Part shown: positions 43,765-57,336 of the stretch, piece after piece
Layout: each line of letters starts with the position of its first letter
Numbering within the stretch: the first letter of the stretch is position 1
Source: the human T2T-CHM13v2.0 reference genome, Homo sapiens
Reading direction: 5' to 3' (one strand)
Assembly: GCF_009914755.1 (NCBI RefSeq)
Contig: NC_060929.1
Length of the DNA: 64,000 bases
The notes under the pieces: model-generated
The model's input: the letters and a program-made list of their open reading frames with translations, nothing else
Database searches by the model: none
What the model was told of the DNA's origin: nothing
Translations under genes and position numbers: made by a program

Positions 43765-46700
43765 GAGAAATAATCATTATTTAAAATAAATAATAATAGT
43801 AATAATGACAGGGCCTTTTGTACTTCTGAACTGATATATATTGCTTTTATAATACATATGGTAATGATTTTTATATAACTGTCCTACTCATCCTCATCAG
43901 ACAGTGAGCTTCTTGAAGATGATGATTTTGTTTTATATTTTCATATATAATCTTGGTAAATATTATTTGCTAAACAATTCCTGTAAATGGAATTGAAGCT
44001 AAAAATAGCTACAAGCCAATTATTTCTTCCAGGAGGCAGAATTATGCAGCTCTTTATTCTGCTTTATACATTTGAAGTGTGTAAGACATACACTCTCTGA
44101 AACCTTCCATCAAAATCAAGAATGAAAGAGGCAGGTGTTCATGGTAAAACAGGCTATGCGGTGCTCTTAAATGGCAGCCGAGTTTAAACTCTCAAGGCAA
44201 GTACTGAGTTAATGTCTAACAAAACCTGACTGCTATTCCATTTTAAGTTCTGACAGTGTTCTTAGCAATCTGTATAGCAGAGAGAGGCTGCAACATTCTT
44301 TGAGATATTGCATCAGAACTCTTGGTTCTGGGCTTCAGCCCTTGTTGCATCAATTTATATTCTGAAGGTTATCTTTAAAGCCAGAAAGCTGAGGAACAGA
44401 AAGGTTTAAAATAAAAATTTTCTAGGGTTTACTATATCTAAAAATCCTTATATTTTAAAATTGGCTTCACCTTGATAATAGGGCTCTGATTGTAGTAGGA
44501 AACAGACTTAACTTTTATTTCCCTTTGAAAATGTACTTTTCCAGTGTGGGAGAATGCACTGAACTACTTTTAAAATTATGTTCATGGATATTTCATAGGT
44601 TGCAGTAGACTTGTGAGTCCTAAAAAAGTTAGCATTTTTCTTCTCTGGAATCCTGACTCAACCCCAGGACCAATACTCAGCAAACTAAACTGAATCTGAA
44701 CAAGGAGCTTAGAGCACCTCCCACTTGCTTCTGAAGGTGCCTCAGGGGCTTACCTGGCCTAGATAAAATTCAAGAAACATTGAAGATGGGTGCTAAATTA
44801 CAGAGTGGAGAGAGGCTGACTAAAGTCAGATAACCTAACACCTGTCTGGAGAGTAATGAATAAACGTTTATTCTGATCGAGGAACAGAAAAGAAGGTGAT
44901 GAGTTTGCAATAAGGATAAAGAGAAAGGAGAAGGAACTTCAAGGTGAAGGGCAAAGCACAGAAGTAGAATGTCATCAATGGTCACTTTGGGTTAGTGTGT
45001 ATCATGGTGATACACAATTAAGCATTCGAGTACATTCTCTGATTTGATTATTCAATCTGGAAAAAGGCCACAGAAGGCTTCAGCAAAACACTGCACAGTG
45101 GGAGAAACTTTTGACACTCCAAATCTAGTAGATCTTAATGGATTTAAATATATTTGATCCCTTCATTACTCAGTTCTCCAAATATACAGTGTTTATTGTG
45201 TCACTAGGACATGCCAAGCACAATGTATTTTGAACGGTCACCACCAGCATAAGGTGAAGATATGCCGCATCACACTTTCAACTAATGCATACACATACAT
45301 ACAGGAAAACACACTTTCAAAGAAAGACAATATTTTCCCAAATGTAAAGTAATCTGCAAAAATGTCCCCTGCCCACAGGGCAGGGAGCATTTTACATTTT
45401 AATGCAGAGCAGTTTCAGTTCCCCATACACACTTATTCACATCAAGTCAGGCTTTCTTTCAATAAGACACCAGCAGATAATGGTACCTGTACAAGCAACA
45501 AAGGTATCTGCCTCGTATCACCACTCTAAGGTACAAAAAATGACTTTAAAAAAGCTTTGAAATGATCTTTCTGTTAGTTTATTTTTCCTTTTATCTTCAT
45601 CCAAATTCCTCCTGATCCCCCCACTTCCCCACAACTGGTTTCTATAGCCAAAAGGGAAACAGTATGGGGTGAGGAGGATGTATTTTTCTTCTATTTTATA
45701 AATACATACTATGTAAATATATGCATATACATATATATTTACACAGTCAAATTTGATGTATCTTAAAATAAGATGTAAGTTGTAAGAGGAAAGCTTTTTT
45801 TCAAATGCAACTTTGTAAGAACGAATCTTAAAGTAAGATGATACTGCAGTCACTGGGTTGCTGAAAGGTGACCTTCACCCCCAACCACATTAGTCAGCAA
45901 TTCAATTTTCTCAGTATCTTTAAGAGGTGATAATAGCTGCAAATTGTCTTGACATATGCTACCAGCTGCTTCTTTTAAGCAACAGTTACACAACTTGCTT
46001 TCTCTCCATTTGAATCAGAAAAAAAAAAATGTTCTTTAACAGTTGTTTTTACATTTTCCAACTAAAGTTTGGAACTACATGTTGGAACTCCTATGTGCAG
46101 GAGTATCCAAGAGCCAGTCTCATTGAAACATATGAAAGCCACTCTTACTGATACATAATTTTACCTTTTCTCAATCTCATTATTTTAAAAAAAGAATTTG
46201 TAATGTCATCCTGTTTGATCACATTTCTATCATTTGTCATTGCAATTTCACACTGTGTCTGAAATAACACATTTTTCCAAAGACTGCTCACATCCCTCAC
46301 TCCATGAGACCCTCTCAACCACTGTGAGTATGGTAGGTGGGGTGGGTAATACTAACCACAGTTCAGAGTAGCAGAAATGGAAACTCAAAGAATTAGAGTA
46401 TGAATATTTTCAATAACTGTCTTGAGTTCCTGTATCTTCTTTCATACTCCAAGAGAAATCTTGTACTACAGCATTGTAGACTCAATACTCAACTTCATGC
46501 AATGACCTCATAAAATTCTATCTTTAATTCCTCCCATTTATTCAAGCTCCACACTTGATTTCTAATGTCTCTTGAAAATTTGGCCCATAAGTCAAATTAA
46601 ATAGAACATCTCCTATGAGCTTCCCTTCCTTCACAAATTCCTGTTGCTGTCACCTTAGTAGCCAACTGTGACTTCACCTTCAGATTTTTGGAATTCTTCC

Positions 46701-48488
46701 ACCTCTTTCCACAAATAAAATAAGTTTGTCTTCCAACTCCCCACCCCAGAGCTCTTCAGTAGCTCTCCATTTCTTAATCAATAGGCTGAAACTTCTGCCA
46801 AGAACCCAGAGTCCTTTAATAACAACCTAGAATCACCCTATCTACCAATCTCGTTCAAATGCTACCCATTTCTTGCCCTTGACGCTAATCAATTTACCCA
46901 CTTTATTGTCTTATAAAGACATCAGCATCATTCTTGAATGTCTGCCATTTACGTTTTTCTTTTTACCCAAAATTCTTTCCACCAATGATTCAGTCATCAC
47001 TATTCTCTCCCTACATGCCCACAAAACTGAGTGTCTATTTCACAAATTCAGCTATTCAACACTTTGATAATGTATATCCACTGTTCTCTGAAAATTTTCT
47101 CATCTTTGAGCTCTTAAAGATAAGATGAACATAGATAATAATAAATTTTCTGTCCTTTCCCAAGTACCCTAGCCCAGAGATTAGACACACGCAAACAACA
47201 TAGGTGGCGAGGGTAATTCTGGAGTAGGAATCAGAAAGTTTAGCCCACTAGCAAGCTGCAGAATGTGGACCACCCAATTAATCTCCTGGATTTTAAGATC
47301 TCTATCTACAAACAGAGGAATATTCGAATAGGAAAAAGTTTCTCAAAACTCATTCATTCATATCCCATCTTTGTGATTCACTGATGAGAACAGTGTTGCT
47401 ACTTATGTATATGATGATGGGTATGATTGACTACTGAATCTCCTCAATCCGACATCACCTTTTACCTGCCACTCTTCTTTTTTAGTCCCCTTTATGGCAG
47501 GACTGCTCAAAAAATTTTTTCCATTTTTTCTGGATCCCATTTCTTCCCTTCTATGTTTCTCTTCAATCCTTTCTAATTAGGCTTTCTGTTTCTTATACAC
47601 CAGTAAGCTATATCTGTCAAGGTAATAAATTATCCCCATCTTGCCAAATCTGATGATCAATTCTTAGTTCTTATTTTCCTGAACCTGATAGCAGTATTTA
47701 CTACAGTTGATCACTATATCCATCTCAAGGTGCATTATTAACTAGGCTTCTAGGATACCACACTATCCTGAGATTTTCTCCTGCCTCACAGGCCACTTCT
47801 TTTCAGTCTTCTTTGCCAGTTTCTTCTCTTCTCGATCTCTAAAAGCTGAAATGTTCCGGACTCAATTTCAGTCTATTTCTCTCTTCAATCTACACTTGTT
47901 CACTAGTCATCCATTTGACTTTAAATATCATCTATACATTAACTCTTAAACATATATCCATTTGTAACATTTTATTTGAGCTCCAAATTCATATATACTA
48001 CTTTTTATTAAACATCACCACTGAGATATCTAATAGGCATCTCATATTTAATATGTCCAAAATGAAACTCTTTAACAAAACCCTGCCCCCTTTAAAGTGC
48101 CCAAATGTATTCTTTCCGTGGGCTTCCTCAAATCTGTAAATGGCACTACCCATCACTCAGTAGTTCAAGCCAAAAGTATTGGAAAAATTCTTGATGTTTC
48201 TCTTTTCTTCAACCCACACATCCAATCCATTAGCAAATCTTATTGGTTAAACTTTTGAAATGTATCCTGAATCCATTTTTTTCCTCACCAATTCCATCAC
48301 ACAGCCCTAGTAGAAGCAAGGATGCTACTAGTTTAAAATTGTCATCATGCAAAGAGTTTAAAGGTGCCCATTTGGGGTAGGCATATAGTTGAATGAGAAA
48401 GTGGGACACCTAAGAGATTTAGAAAAATGTTGTCCTCCTGTGGGCACATGGCTTAGCAGCAGATGACTTTGCAAAGATTTTTTTTAAA

Positions 48489-48903
48489 ATGTCCATCAAT
48501 GATAGACTAGATAAAGAAAATGTGGTACATATACACCATGGAATGCTATGCAGACATAAAAAGGAATGAGATCATTTCCTTCACAGGGACATGGATGGAG
48601 CTGGAAGCCATTATCCTCAGCAAACTAATGGAGGAACAGAAAACCAAACACTGCATGTTCTTTCTTAAAAGTAGAAGCTGAACAATGAGAACACATGGAC
48701 ACAGGAAGAGGAACAACACACACTGGGGCCTGTCGGGTGGGGCAAGGGGAGAGAGAGCATCACGAAAAATAGCTAATGCATGCTGGGCTTAATACGTAGG
48801 TGATGGGTTGATCTGCACAGCAAACTACTATGGCACACGTTTACCTATGTAACAAACCTGCACATCCTGCACGTGTATCCCAGAATAAAATAAAATAAAA
48901 AAG
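48489..48903 (+). mobile_element. 5'-truncated L1 (L1PA12/13-like)
   Basis: 3'UTR with aatagctaatgcatgctgggcttaatac and cacacgtttacctatg. Confidence 0.88.
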
Positions 48904-49149
48904 ACTCTCCTTCCTTCAGTGGAATATAACCTGTGTCAGGGCACTTGAAGGACAGAGCTCTAGATATACGTCAGCCCTTACTTGATTCTCAACCTACGTA
49001 ACTCTACTTAGACCATGAGTCAGAGCCTCCATCATCACTCGCCTAGAACACTACAGTCACTTCCTGTTCATCTCGTCATTTCAACCGGTGTCTCCCTGCA
49101 TTAAGTTCCCCATAAAACTTCCAAAGTAGTATTTCTAAATTATAAAGCA

Positions 49150-49592
49150 AACAAAGACCCTCTCCTTGGCCAAATGTAAGTCAAGATCCTCTGAGCCCTC
49201 TTTTCACCTAGGCCTCAACTCTGGGCTCTATCCTTGGCCCATTTAGTCCAATTTTAGCCAAGAATCCTGCTGGGTCAGTTTATCAGGAATCCCCCACCAT
49301 TGATATCTGATCAAATTCTTCATCCCCCACTTTTGGTATCTGATCTCTCTTGACTTCTTATCACTCTGGTCTGAGATCAGCAAGAATCCTGTCAAGTCCA
49401 TTTAGCCAGAGTCCTCCTTACTCCTAATGCTTCTTCTTAGTAATTTGCCATCTATTGACCCCCACCCTGCTCCTTGGCTATAATCATCACTTGTCATTGT
49501 ATTTGGAGTTGAACTCACTTTATCTCATTTAGTGCAAAACCCCCATTACAGAAGTCTTCTTTAACAGTGCCATGAAAATGTTTTCTTTAATA
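49150..49592 (+). mobile_element. ERV1 solo LTR (MER31-like)
   Basis: acaaagaccctctccttggccaaa start; repeated aagaatcctg; gatatctgatcaaattc; ends ttttctttaata. Confidence 0.75.
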
Positions 49593-50075
49593 AAGCAGGT
49601 TGTGGCTACCCCAACTAAAACACCTCCAGAGACTTTCCATTACACTCAGAATACCATACAAACTCCCTACCATGGCCAGTGAGGCCCTGTAGGCTCTCAC
49701 CTTTCCTCTTCCTTGACTTCATCTTTCTACATTATCTGCCTTACTCACTCAAGTCTAGCCACGTGGCTTTCTTGCTGTTTCTCTGGCATACCAAGTTTAT
49801 CCTGCTTCTGGCATTGAGAATTGCTACTCCTTTTGGCTATAATCACATTCCCCAAGATCTGTGCATAGGTTATTCCTTCTATTTATTCCATTCCTCTTAA
49901 GAAAACTATTTCCCAACTATCCTAACTAAAACTGTACACACATACACACACACAGACACGCCTTCTGTATCCCTTACTCTGCCTTATTTTCATATAATTT
50001 ATCACAACATAAAACATTTTATATTTACTCAATTTGTTTTGTTATTTTCTTTTCCCTCAAAATTTTAAGCTTCCT

Positions 50076-50372
50076 GGCCAGGTATGGTGGCTCATTCCTG
50101 TAATCCAAGCACTTTGGGATGCCAAGGCAGGTGGATCACCTGAAGCCAGGAGTTCGAGATCAGCCTGGCCAACATGGCGAAACCCTGTCTTTACTAAAAA
50201 TACAAAAATTAGCTGGGTGTGGTGGCACGTGCCTGTAATCCCAGCTACTCAGGAGGTTGAGATAGGAAGATCACTTGAACCCAGGAGATGCAGGTTGCAG
50301 TGAGCCAAGATCATACCACTGCACTCCAGCCTGGGCAACAGAGCAAGACTCCGTCTCAAAAAAAAAAAAAAA
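50076..50372 (+). mobile_element. AluSx-like
   Basis: Full dimer; flanks ttaagcttc on both sides. Confidence 0.95.
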
Positions 50373-51220
50373 TTAAGCTTCTGAAAAAGAATCATATCTA
50401 GCTTATTTTTTGCTATATTCCCCCAATGTTTAGAACAGAGACTGGCATTAGTAGATAGTTAATACTTGCTGATTGAATGAATAGTTGTTATATTTATGTA
50501 TCATCTTTACTATTGCTTACTAACATTATTTTATTTAAATTGAATGCTTTTGTTACTTAAATGGTTACATTTAAAATGAAAAAAATTTGAAAGTAACTAA
50601 TTGACAGTAGCATTAGCCACAATTAGAAGGTAATCTAAAAATTGGTATATTGAAAACAAAATAGTATTATTGCTGCCTAGTTAGCTATTTTTTGGTCAAA
50701 GACTCTGAGCTTAAGCCTCACTCTATTAAAAAGAAGATTACAAGGTATTGAGAAGTCCCAAGGACACACTAGCCCAAACTCAGGCTTCCTCCTCCCAAGA
50801 AAATCTGAGTAAACAAGAGGGAAATGTTTCAACTTGTAAGATTCAAAGGTATTGAATGCCGTGCCATATTACTGCTTAAAATCATCGTACAAATCATCAG
50901 CAGCAGACTTTCCTAACTTTGGAATGCCCTGCCCTAGACGGCGAAGCCCTTGTGTCTCAGATTTTAGGACTGTATAAGGAACAAAAAAACAGCCTCCTCA
51001 AGTTGCCATAACTGGCCAGAATGAACTAAAGCTTGGAAACTGATTTTCTGACCCTAGCCCAGGGTTCTATATACTAAGTTAACCATTTTCCCCATTTTAC
51101 ATAAAAAAAAAATGCCACTATATTTTTCCATATTTTTAACCTAGCTTTGGCATTCCCTGAAGCAATCAGATTTCCCAAGTCTTTGGTCATGAATTGCACT
51201 CAAAGTTTACCTACGGGTTA

Positions 51221-51430
<210 letters not shown>

Positions 51431-52054
51431 TCAGTTATACCAAGAGTCTCTTTTTGTAAGAGCTTACAACATTTGCGTATGTGAGAAGCTGATGTACAGT
51501 CAAAATGACAGAAACAGATGCTATCTGCTGCCATCACTTAATATGAGACCTATTTTTCCATGCTGGTGAACAGAAGGCTATCAGTTGCAGAGGCTACAGG
51601 TGAAAAGGGTCTTACATTTTAGAACCTGTTGAGGATAAAATGCCACCAAACATTTTCTAAATTAAAATGCATTTTGTTTTGTTCATCTGAAAGTGATACA
51701 TTTCTAGATTGGGTTAGGGCATAAAATCTGCTGCTTAATGGTTGTCCACAGGTTGATGTTTACTCTCCTGCTTTTAAGACATAAACATCCAGGTTGAAAA
51801 CCTGAGCTTCTGACAACCCTAGGCATGGTAAGCATTGGTTCACTATAAATGGTTGTCACAGAAATGAGCAGAGTATTGCAAAATCAAGTTAGAACAATTT
51901 AGTTACAAAAATTAGATAACTTAAAATACCCAAAGATATTTCTGATAAAAGACTAAATCCACTATAGTATAAAGGTGTTTTATACGTCCATATTTACAAG
52001 GCTTTTCAGTCTTAATTTATTCATTTTTTCAACAACAGTAATTTATTGTTTGGA

Positions 52055-52290
52055 GGCAACATGGTATCGCGACTAGGGTAAAAAGTCAGCATATATACCA
52101 GTCTGTTAATTTCTCCTCACCTCTCCCACTTATTCGTTCCATGGCCTTGGATAAGAAATCTGGCTTTTCAGGGGTTCCATTTCCTCTTCTACATAAAAGT
52201 GAGAATACCTTTCAAGGCTATTGTGGAATTAAATGAAATATCATGTGAGTCCAGTATGGTGTTTGACAGCTACTAGACAATTACCAAATG
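52055..52290 (+). mobile_element. MIR
   Basis: ggccttggataag..ttccatttcctcttctacataaaa..aaggctattgtggaattaaatga. Confidence 0.7.
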
Positions 52291-52318
52291 CCGACCTACT
52301 CAGAGACCCCTCTACTTT

Positions 52319-52648
52319 GTCCAAGTGCAATGGCTCACGCCTGTAATCACAGAACTTTGGGATGCTGAGTTTGGAGGCTCCCTTGAAGCAGGAGGATCCC
52401 TTGAGGCTGACAGGATCCCTTGAGACCAGGAGTTCAAAACCAGCCTGGTCAACATAGTGAGACCTTGTAGCTACAAAAGGAAAAATTTTTAAACCAGTGG
52501 AGGTGCATGCCTGTAGTCACAGCTACTCAGGAGGTTGAGGCAGGAGGATCACTTGAGTCCAGGAGTATGATCATGATAGTGACATAGCACTTCAGCCTAG
52601 CCTAGGTGACAGAGGTAGACCCTATCTTTTAAAAAAACAAAACAAAAA
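52319..52648 (+). mobile_element. AluJ with an internal triplication
   Basis: gcctggtcaacatagtgagacc and ggaggatcacttgagtccagg (J diagnostics). Confidence 0.9.
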
Positions 52649-52809
52649 GGATGTGCTGCTATGTGTACATAATGAATACAAAGTTGTGTGGTATACTCCT
52701 TCTCTCAGGAGTCACAGTGTGAAATAATTCAAACTCCTTTCTACCTTAGTGTCATACATATGATTTCGCAGTCTGAAAGCTGAATCACAATTCTACTATC
52801 TTCTGTTGT

Positions 52810-53098
52810 CTCATTCTTTCTCATCCTTTGGATCTCAGCTTAAATGTCACCTCCAAAGAGATATCTATGCAGACTAACCCCTAACACAAACAGTTAGCCC
52901 TAATTCTCAAGATCTCATTTATTTCTTTCACAGTGCTTCTGTTTACACAGTCATGTGTGTGTGTATGTGTTATTTGCTTTCACTACTAAACTGCAAGAGG
53001 GCTGGAAACACATTTTTCTTGTTACTTATATCCCCAGTTCCTAGATTAATGCCTAACATTTAGTAAACACTCAAAAATATTTGTTCAATAAATGAACA
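52810..53098 (+). mobile_element. L2 3' end
   Basis: gatctcagcttaaatgtcacctcc ... ctcaaaaatatttgttcaataaatgaa. Confidence 0.75.
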
Positions 53099-53589
53099 GA
53101 GATACAGTGTTGAACAATAAGAACACATCTTTCACTTAGGAAAATATTCTAAAGTGAGAAACAAATATAAAAACAAATTAAAAAATAATTATTAAACTAT
53201 AATAGCAATACGAGCATCATGTACGTAAAATATGCTAAGAACACTTGTTTTTGAGTGAGGAAATACCTATAATATAATTTGTCAAGCACTATAATCAATG
53301 AATTTTCAAAGTGCTTTGTGAACAAAGATAGTGGAGAGAAAGATTTGTTGTACTTAGGCAGAGAAGGGAAACCTGAAGTGTCGTATAGCTGACATTCTGA
53401 TCTAGGGCTCAAAGTGTAAGTATGATATTGCCAGAAGTTGAAGGAGTAGGAGAGTATTCATGATAGAGGTAAAAAAAAAAAAAAAAGAAACTCGCATCTT
53501 CCATTGAACATTTGTCATACAGTGGAAAGATATCCCAAATGAGGAATAAATAGATCTAAAAATGACAGCATAGAACTTCATGTTTGGTT

Positions 53590-53806
53590 CCACCATGTTA
53601 AAATTTGGAAGTCATTATATCTATCCTTAGCAAAAAAAAAGCTGGACATAAGGACAAACTGAAAATCAATGACTTTTCTTGGACTCTTTAGAGAACTGAG
53701 TTTGCAGAGTGAACTGCCACCCCAAAATCCGAAGAGAAAGACTCATTCAAAGAGACAAAGCCAGAATCTGTTTAGCTAGATAGAAAATGCTGAAGCCATA
53801 AACTTA
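53590..53806 (+). mobile_element. Old L1M 5'-end-like fragment
   Basis: aaaagctg..caaactgaaaatcaatgacttttcttgga..gagaactgag..aactgccaccccaaaatc. Confidence 0.5.
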
Positions 53807-53808
53807 AA

Positions 53809-53886
53809 CAGTATTATTTTCTAGGGTCCCTGTAACAAATTACCACAAACTCAGAGGCTTAAAACAATAGGGATTTATTCTCCCAC
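53809..53886 (-). mobile_element. MLT1 LTR terminal fragment
   Basis: ctgtaacaaattaccacaaactcagaggcttaaaacaa..atttattctc. Confidence 0.75.
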
Positions 53887-53889
53887 CAA

Positions 53890-54670
53890 AAGTATAAAAT
53901 AAACATTCATCAATCCATATTGATATTAACAAATGAGTGAATAAATGGGGGCGAATAGACAAATCTGTTCAGAATTCTGAAGAGTGAATGTAGATACTGA
54001 CCCCTCAAGGAGATGGAGCATAACCAACTCCCCAGTCCTTAAGTGTGGGCTGCTCAGAGTGGTTTTTTTCCAAAGAGTAGAGTATAAAAAAGAGAAAAAA
54101 AGAGTAAATCTGCAGAGGAGAAACCAAACAAACACTACCTCTGCCAGGTGATAAGGGGAGTATCAACAGTGATAGCTCATGCTGTTAGTATGTTCCCTGG
54201 ATATAGTGCGGTGAGAATCACATTTTACCTCTGTGGTTCCTCCAGGAACACATCACTCCAGTCTAATCATGAGAAAAATACCAAAAAATTCCAATTGAGG
54301 AACATTTTACAAACTACGTGACCAGTACTCCTCAAAACTGTCAAGGACATTAAAAATAAAGAAAGTCTGAGAAACTTTAATAGCCAAACAGACCAAAGGA
54401 GACAAGAAACATGGTATCCAGAAAGAGAAAAAAAAAGACATTAGGTACAAACAAATAAAATCTGAATAAACTATGTACTTCAGTTAATAACTTCCTGATA
54501 TTGATTCACAAATTGTGACAAATGTATGATATTTATTTAAGATATATTAATTACAATGTAACCCGAGTCTCTGTATTGCATATGGGAGCTCTCTATACTA
54601 TTAATATCTTCACAATTTTGCTATAAATCTAATCTAAAATACATTTAAAGTTAAAATTATTTAAAAATAA
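53890..54670 (+). mobile_element. L1MD-like 3' end
   Basis: ccttaagtgtgggctg..ccagtctaatcatgagaaaa..ccagtactcctcaaaactgtcaagg. Confidence 0.75.
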
Positions 54671-54984
54671 GTATTTTCAGTGGTTATTTTATGTAAAAAA
54701 TCCTATATGCATTATAGAAAACCCTACGTCTACAACACTTTCAAATAGGCGTGGAAGAAAAAGGCTAGTAAAACTTCTATACAGACAGTTATACTTACTA
54801 AAGCAATGACTCTTCAAGAACACATTCTTATCTTCATTCTTTCACTCACAAAAATGTTCTACCATACTCCTGAAAGGTACAGAAAGGCTTTGCCTTGGCA
54901 AGAAACGTGAAAGAGAGAGCCATGTGCACAAATTTAAATTACAAACGTGCACTCTCCAATTTTTATACCAGGAAGTCACCATTT

Positions 54985-55527
54985 TTGTTCTGACGTTTTG
55001 GGTGCTCATTCGTCAGCCATTATCTGTTTTCTTATTTGCTAGCAGAGACTACCTTGGCACTATAAAGGCTGAAAACATCAGATACTCACCTTCTCAGACA
55101 ACCCTGAAGTTCAGATTTGGACATATAACACTATCCTGCTCTATGGAATATGAGGGGAATTCTTCTAACAGGTTCTGGGAATGGTTTTCATTCTTAATTA
55201 AAAGACATGTAAGGAAACTCTCCTCGACCTTCCTTTCATATACACCTCATGGGTGTAACTGTATGAGGACATGATGCCTGGAGCTCTAGCAATCATGTAG
55301 CAGCCATGATGCGGTGGTCCTAATAGTAAAAGTGAAATCACCAAGAATGGTAGTTCGCTAACAGATATAGAAAGCATCGTCCTTTAAAGGCATCATCGAG
55401 CTGTTGAATCAGCTAATCCTAAAATCTGTCCCCACATCTAGACTTTTTGTTAAATGGATAATAAATATCCTCATGATTTCAGCTTCTTTTAGTTTTATTT
55501 TGTTAGAGTTAAGAGCACCATAACTGT
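54985..55527 (+). mobile_element. MaLR LTR (MLT1J/K-like)
   Basis: gaggacatgatgcctggagct..catcatcgagctgttgaatca..agactttttgtta. Confidence 0.6.
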
Positions 55528-55701
55528 TTTATGTCGAATTATGCCACTCTATAAATTTGTTCTTTCCCACTCCAACTTATGTTTGTCTACCTGAACCTGA
55601 TCTATATATTAATCAAAGTCCAATGACATTTTTGACACCTGAAAACCTCATTCCAAGGGAAGAGAGCCCTACTCTAGTTCATTAACCTTTATTGTCTATA
55701 G

Positions 55702-55880
55702 CATTAGTTCAAACATCTCCCAGCACATCAGAACCATTTAGGAACTTAAAATATCCAGCTTCCCAGGCTCTGCTTCAGACGTATTAAATCAGTCGCTGAA
55801 AGGAAAAAAATCTGGAAATTTGCATTTTTAAGAAGATACTTGCATGATTGTTGTGGTCATCTATATTTAGGAAACACTGA
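55702..55880. mobile_element. MER5-like hAT MITE
   Basis: catcagaaccatttagg..cccaggc..aatttgcatttttaa..tttaggaaacactg. Confidence 0.55.
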
Positions 55881-56696
55881 TCTACATTGCATTAATACTT
55901 AGTTTGCATGCTTATTTTCTAACGTCATAATCAGAGATTTGTTAGCTTCTAGAGGACAGAAACTAAGCCTTGGGGGTGATGATATGTTTCCGTTTTTCTG
56001 GCATATTTTCTGTCTTCTGAGGTAATATTACTTAAAGAATAGCCCACATCCATGACAGGTGTAGAAATTATTTTAGTTGGGAAATGATATGAAATGGATA
56101 AACATGATATGCTTAATTTAAAATATTGCTTAGAATCCAATTTCAAAGCAGCTTTTAAGAAGTAATGGGGATAAAGTCACCTACAGGAAACTAAGTAAAA
56201 GAGCCCTGTCAGAATCTTTTGTTCCATTAGACACCAGGAATTCTTCCAATTTTATTTTTATATTTTCATTCTATTTATTTTATATAATGGTAACTTAAAC
56301 AAAAATAGTATGTAAAAAGGGTGGAGGTGGAACTCAAATGGCTAAATATTGGAGAAGATTGTTCTGTGGGATTGTAGCAAATAGATAAAGTCTTAATTTT
56401 TGTAGCTATGATGGTAATCTCTTTAACTAGAAAAAATATTGAAAGAAAGTATATCTTTCTACTTGTTTTGGTGCCTTTCACTAAGTGTTGCACAGAATAA
56501 GAAATGCATTAGTAAAAAGAGAAATAAAACCACACATTTTCTGCCCTGTACAGTGGGGAGTGCATCTTATTCACACATTCAGTCCTTCATTCATATATTC
56601 ATTGAGCATCCACTATGCAGCAAGCACTTTTCTACTGGCCATTTGGATGCTGCAGTGACTAAGCAATAAAACCTGGACATTTTCATTTTTACTAAG

Positions 56697-57336
56697 TAAT
56701 ATGGTTTGGATGTTTATGCCTTCCAAACCTCATGTAGAAATGTGATCCCCAGTGTCAGAGATGGGGCATGATGATGAGTGGTTTTTGGGTCATGGGGACA
56801 GATTCCTCATGAATGGCTTGGTGCCCTTCCCATGGTAATAAGTGAGTTCTCACTCTCTTAGTTCACTGGAGAGCTGGTTGTTTAAAGGAGCCTGGCTTCT
56901 CCTCCTCTCTCTCTCATCATGTGATACACCAGTTCCCCCTTTGCCTTACACCATGATTGGAAGCTTCCTGAGGTCCTCACCAGACACAGATGCTGGCACC
57001 ACACTATCTATAGAGCCTGCAGAAGCATAAGCCAAAATAAACCTCATTTCTTTATAAATTATCCAGTCTCAGGTATTCCTTTATAGCAAGCTTGTCCAAT
57101 CCACGGCCCACGGGCCACATGCGGCCCAGGATGACTTTGACTGTGGCTCAACACAGTCATAAACTTTCGTAAAACATGAGGTTTTTTTGCAATTTTTTTT
57201 ATCTCATCAGCTATCATTAGTGTTAATGTATTTTATGTGTGGTCCAAGATAATTTTTCTTCTTCCAATGTGTCCCAGGGAAGCCAAAAGATTGGACGCCA
57301 CTGCTTTATAGCAATGCAAATGGACTAATTAACACA
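56697..57336 (+). mobile_element. MaLR LTR (MSTB-like)
   Basis: taatatggtttggatg start; agcttcctgagg..gatgctggcacc..gcctgcagaa; 5-bp flanks ctaag/ccaag. Confidence 0.88.
57087..57303. mobile_element. MER30 (hAT MITE) inside the MST LTR
   Basis: Imperfect TIRs caagcttgtccaa and ttggacgccactg; perfect 8-bp TSD ctttatag at 57079-57086 and 57304-57311. Confidence 0.9.

Larger units (their letters stand above)
47460..50485 (+). mobile_element. L2a 3' region, interrupted by L1, LTR and Alu
   Basis: gtcaaggt..ttgccaaatc..acagttgatcact..atctaataggcatctca; ends gattgaatgaat. Confidence 0.85.
47333..50931 (+). mobile_element. MER113-like hAT element split by L2 (pieces at ~47333-47390 and ~50490-50931)
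   Basis: gtttctcaaaactcattcattc start; aaagactctgagc..ctagcccaaact..gattcaa..gaatgccgtg..aaaatcatc..ctttggaatgccctg end. Confidence 0.6.

Noticed and set aside
44996-45016. 9-bp-stem hairpin tgtgtatca-tgg-tgatacaca
   Set aside because: Too short for a pre-miRNA or MITE and compatible with chance.
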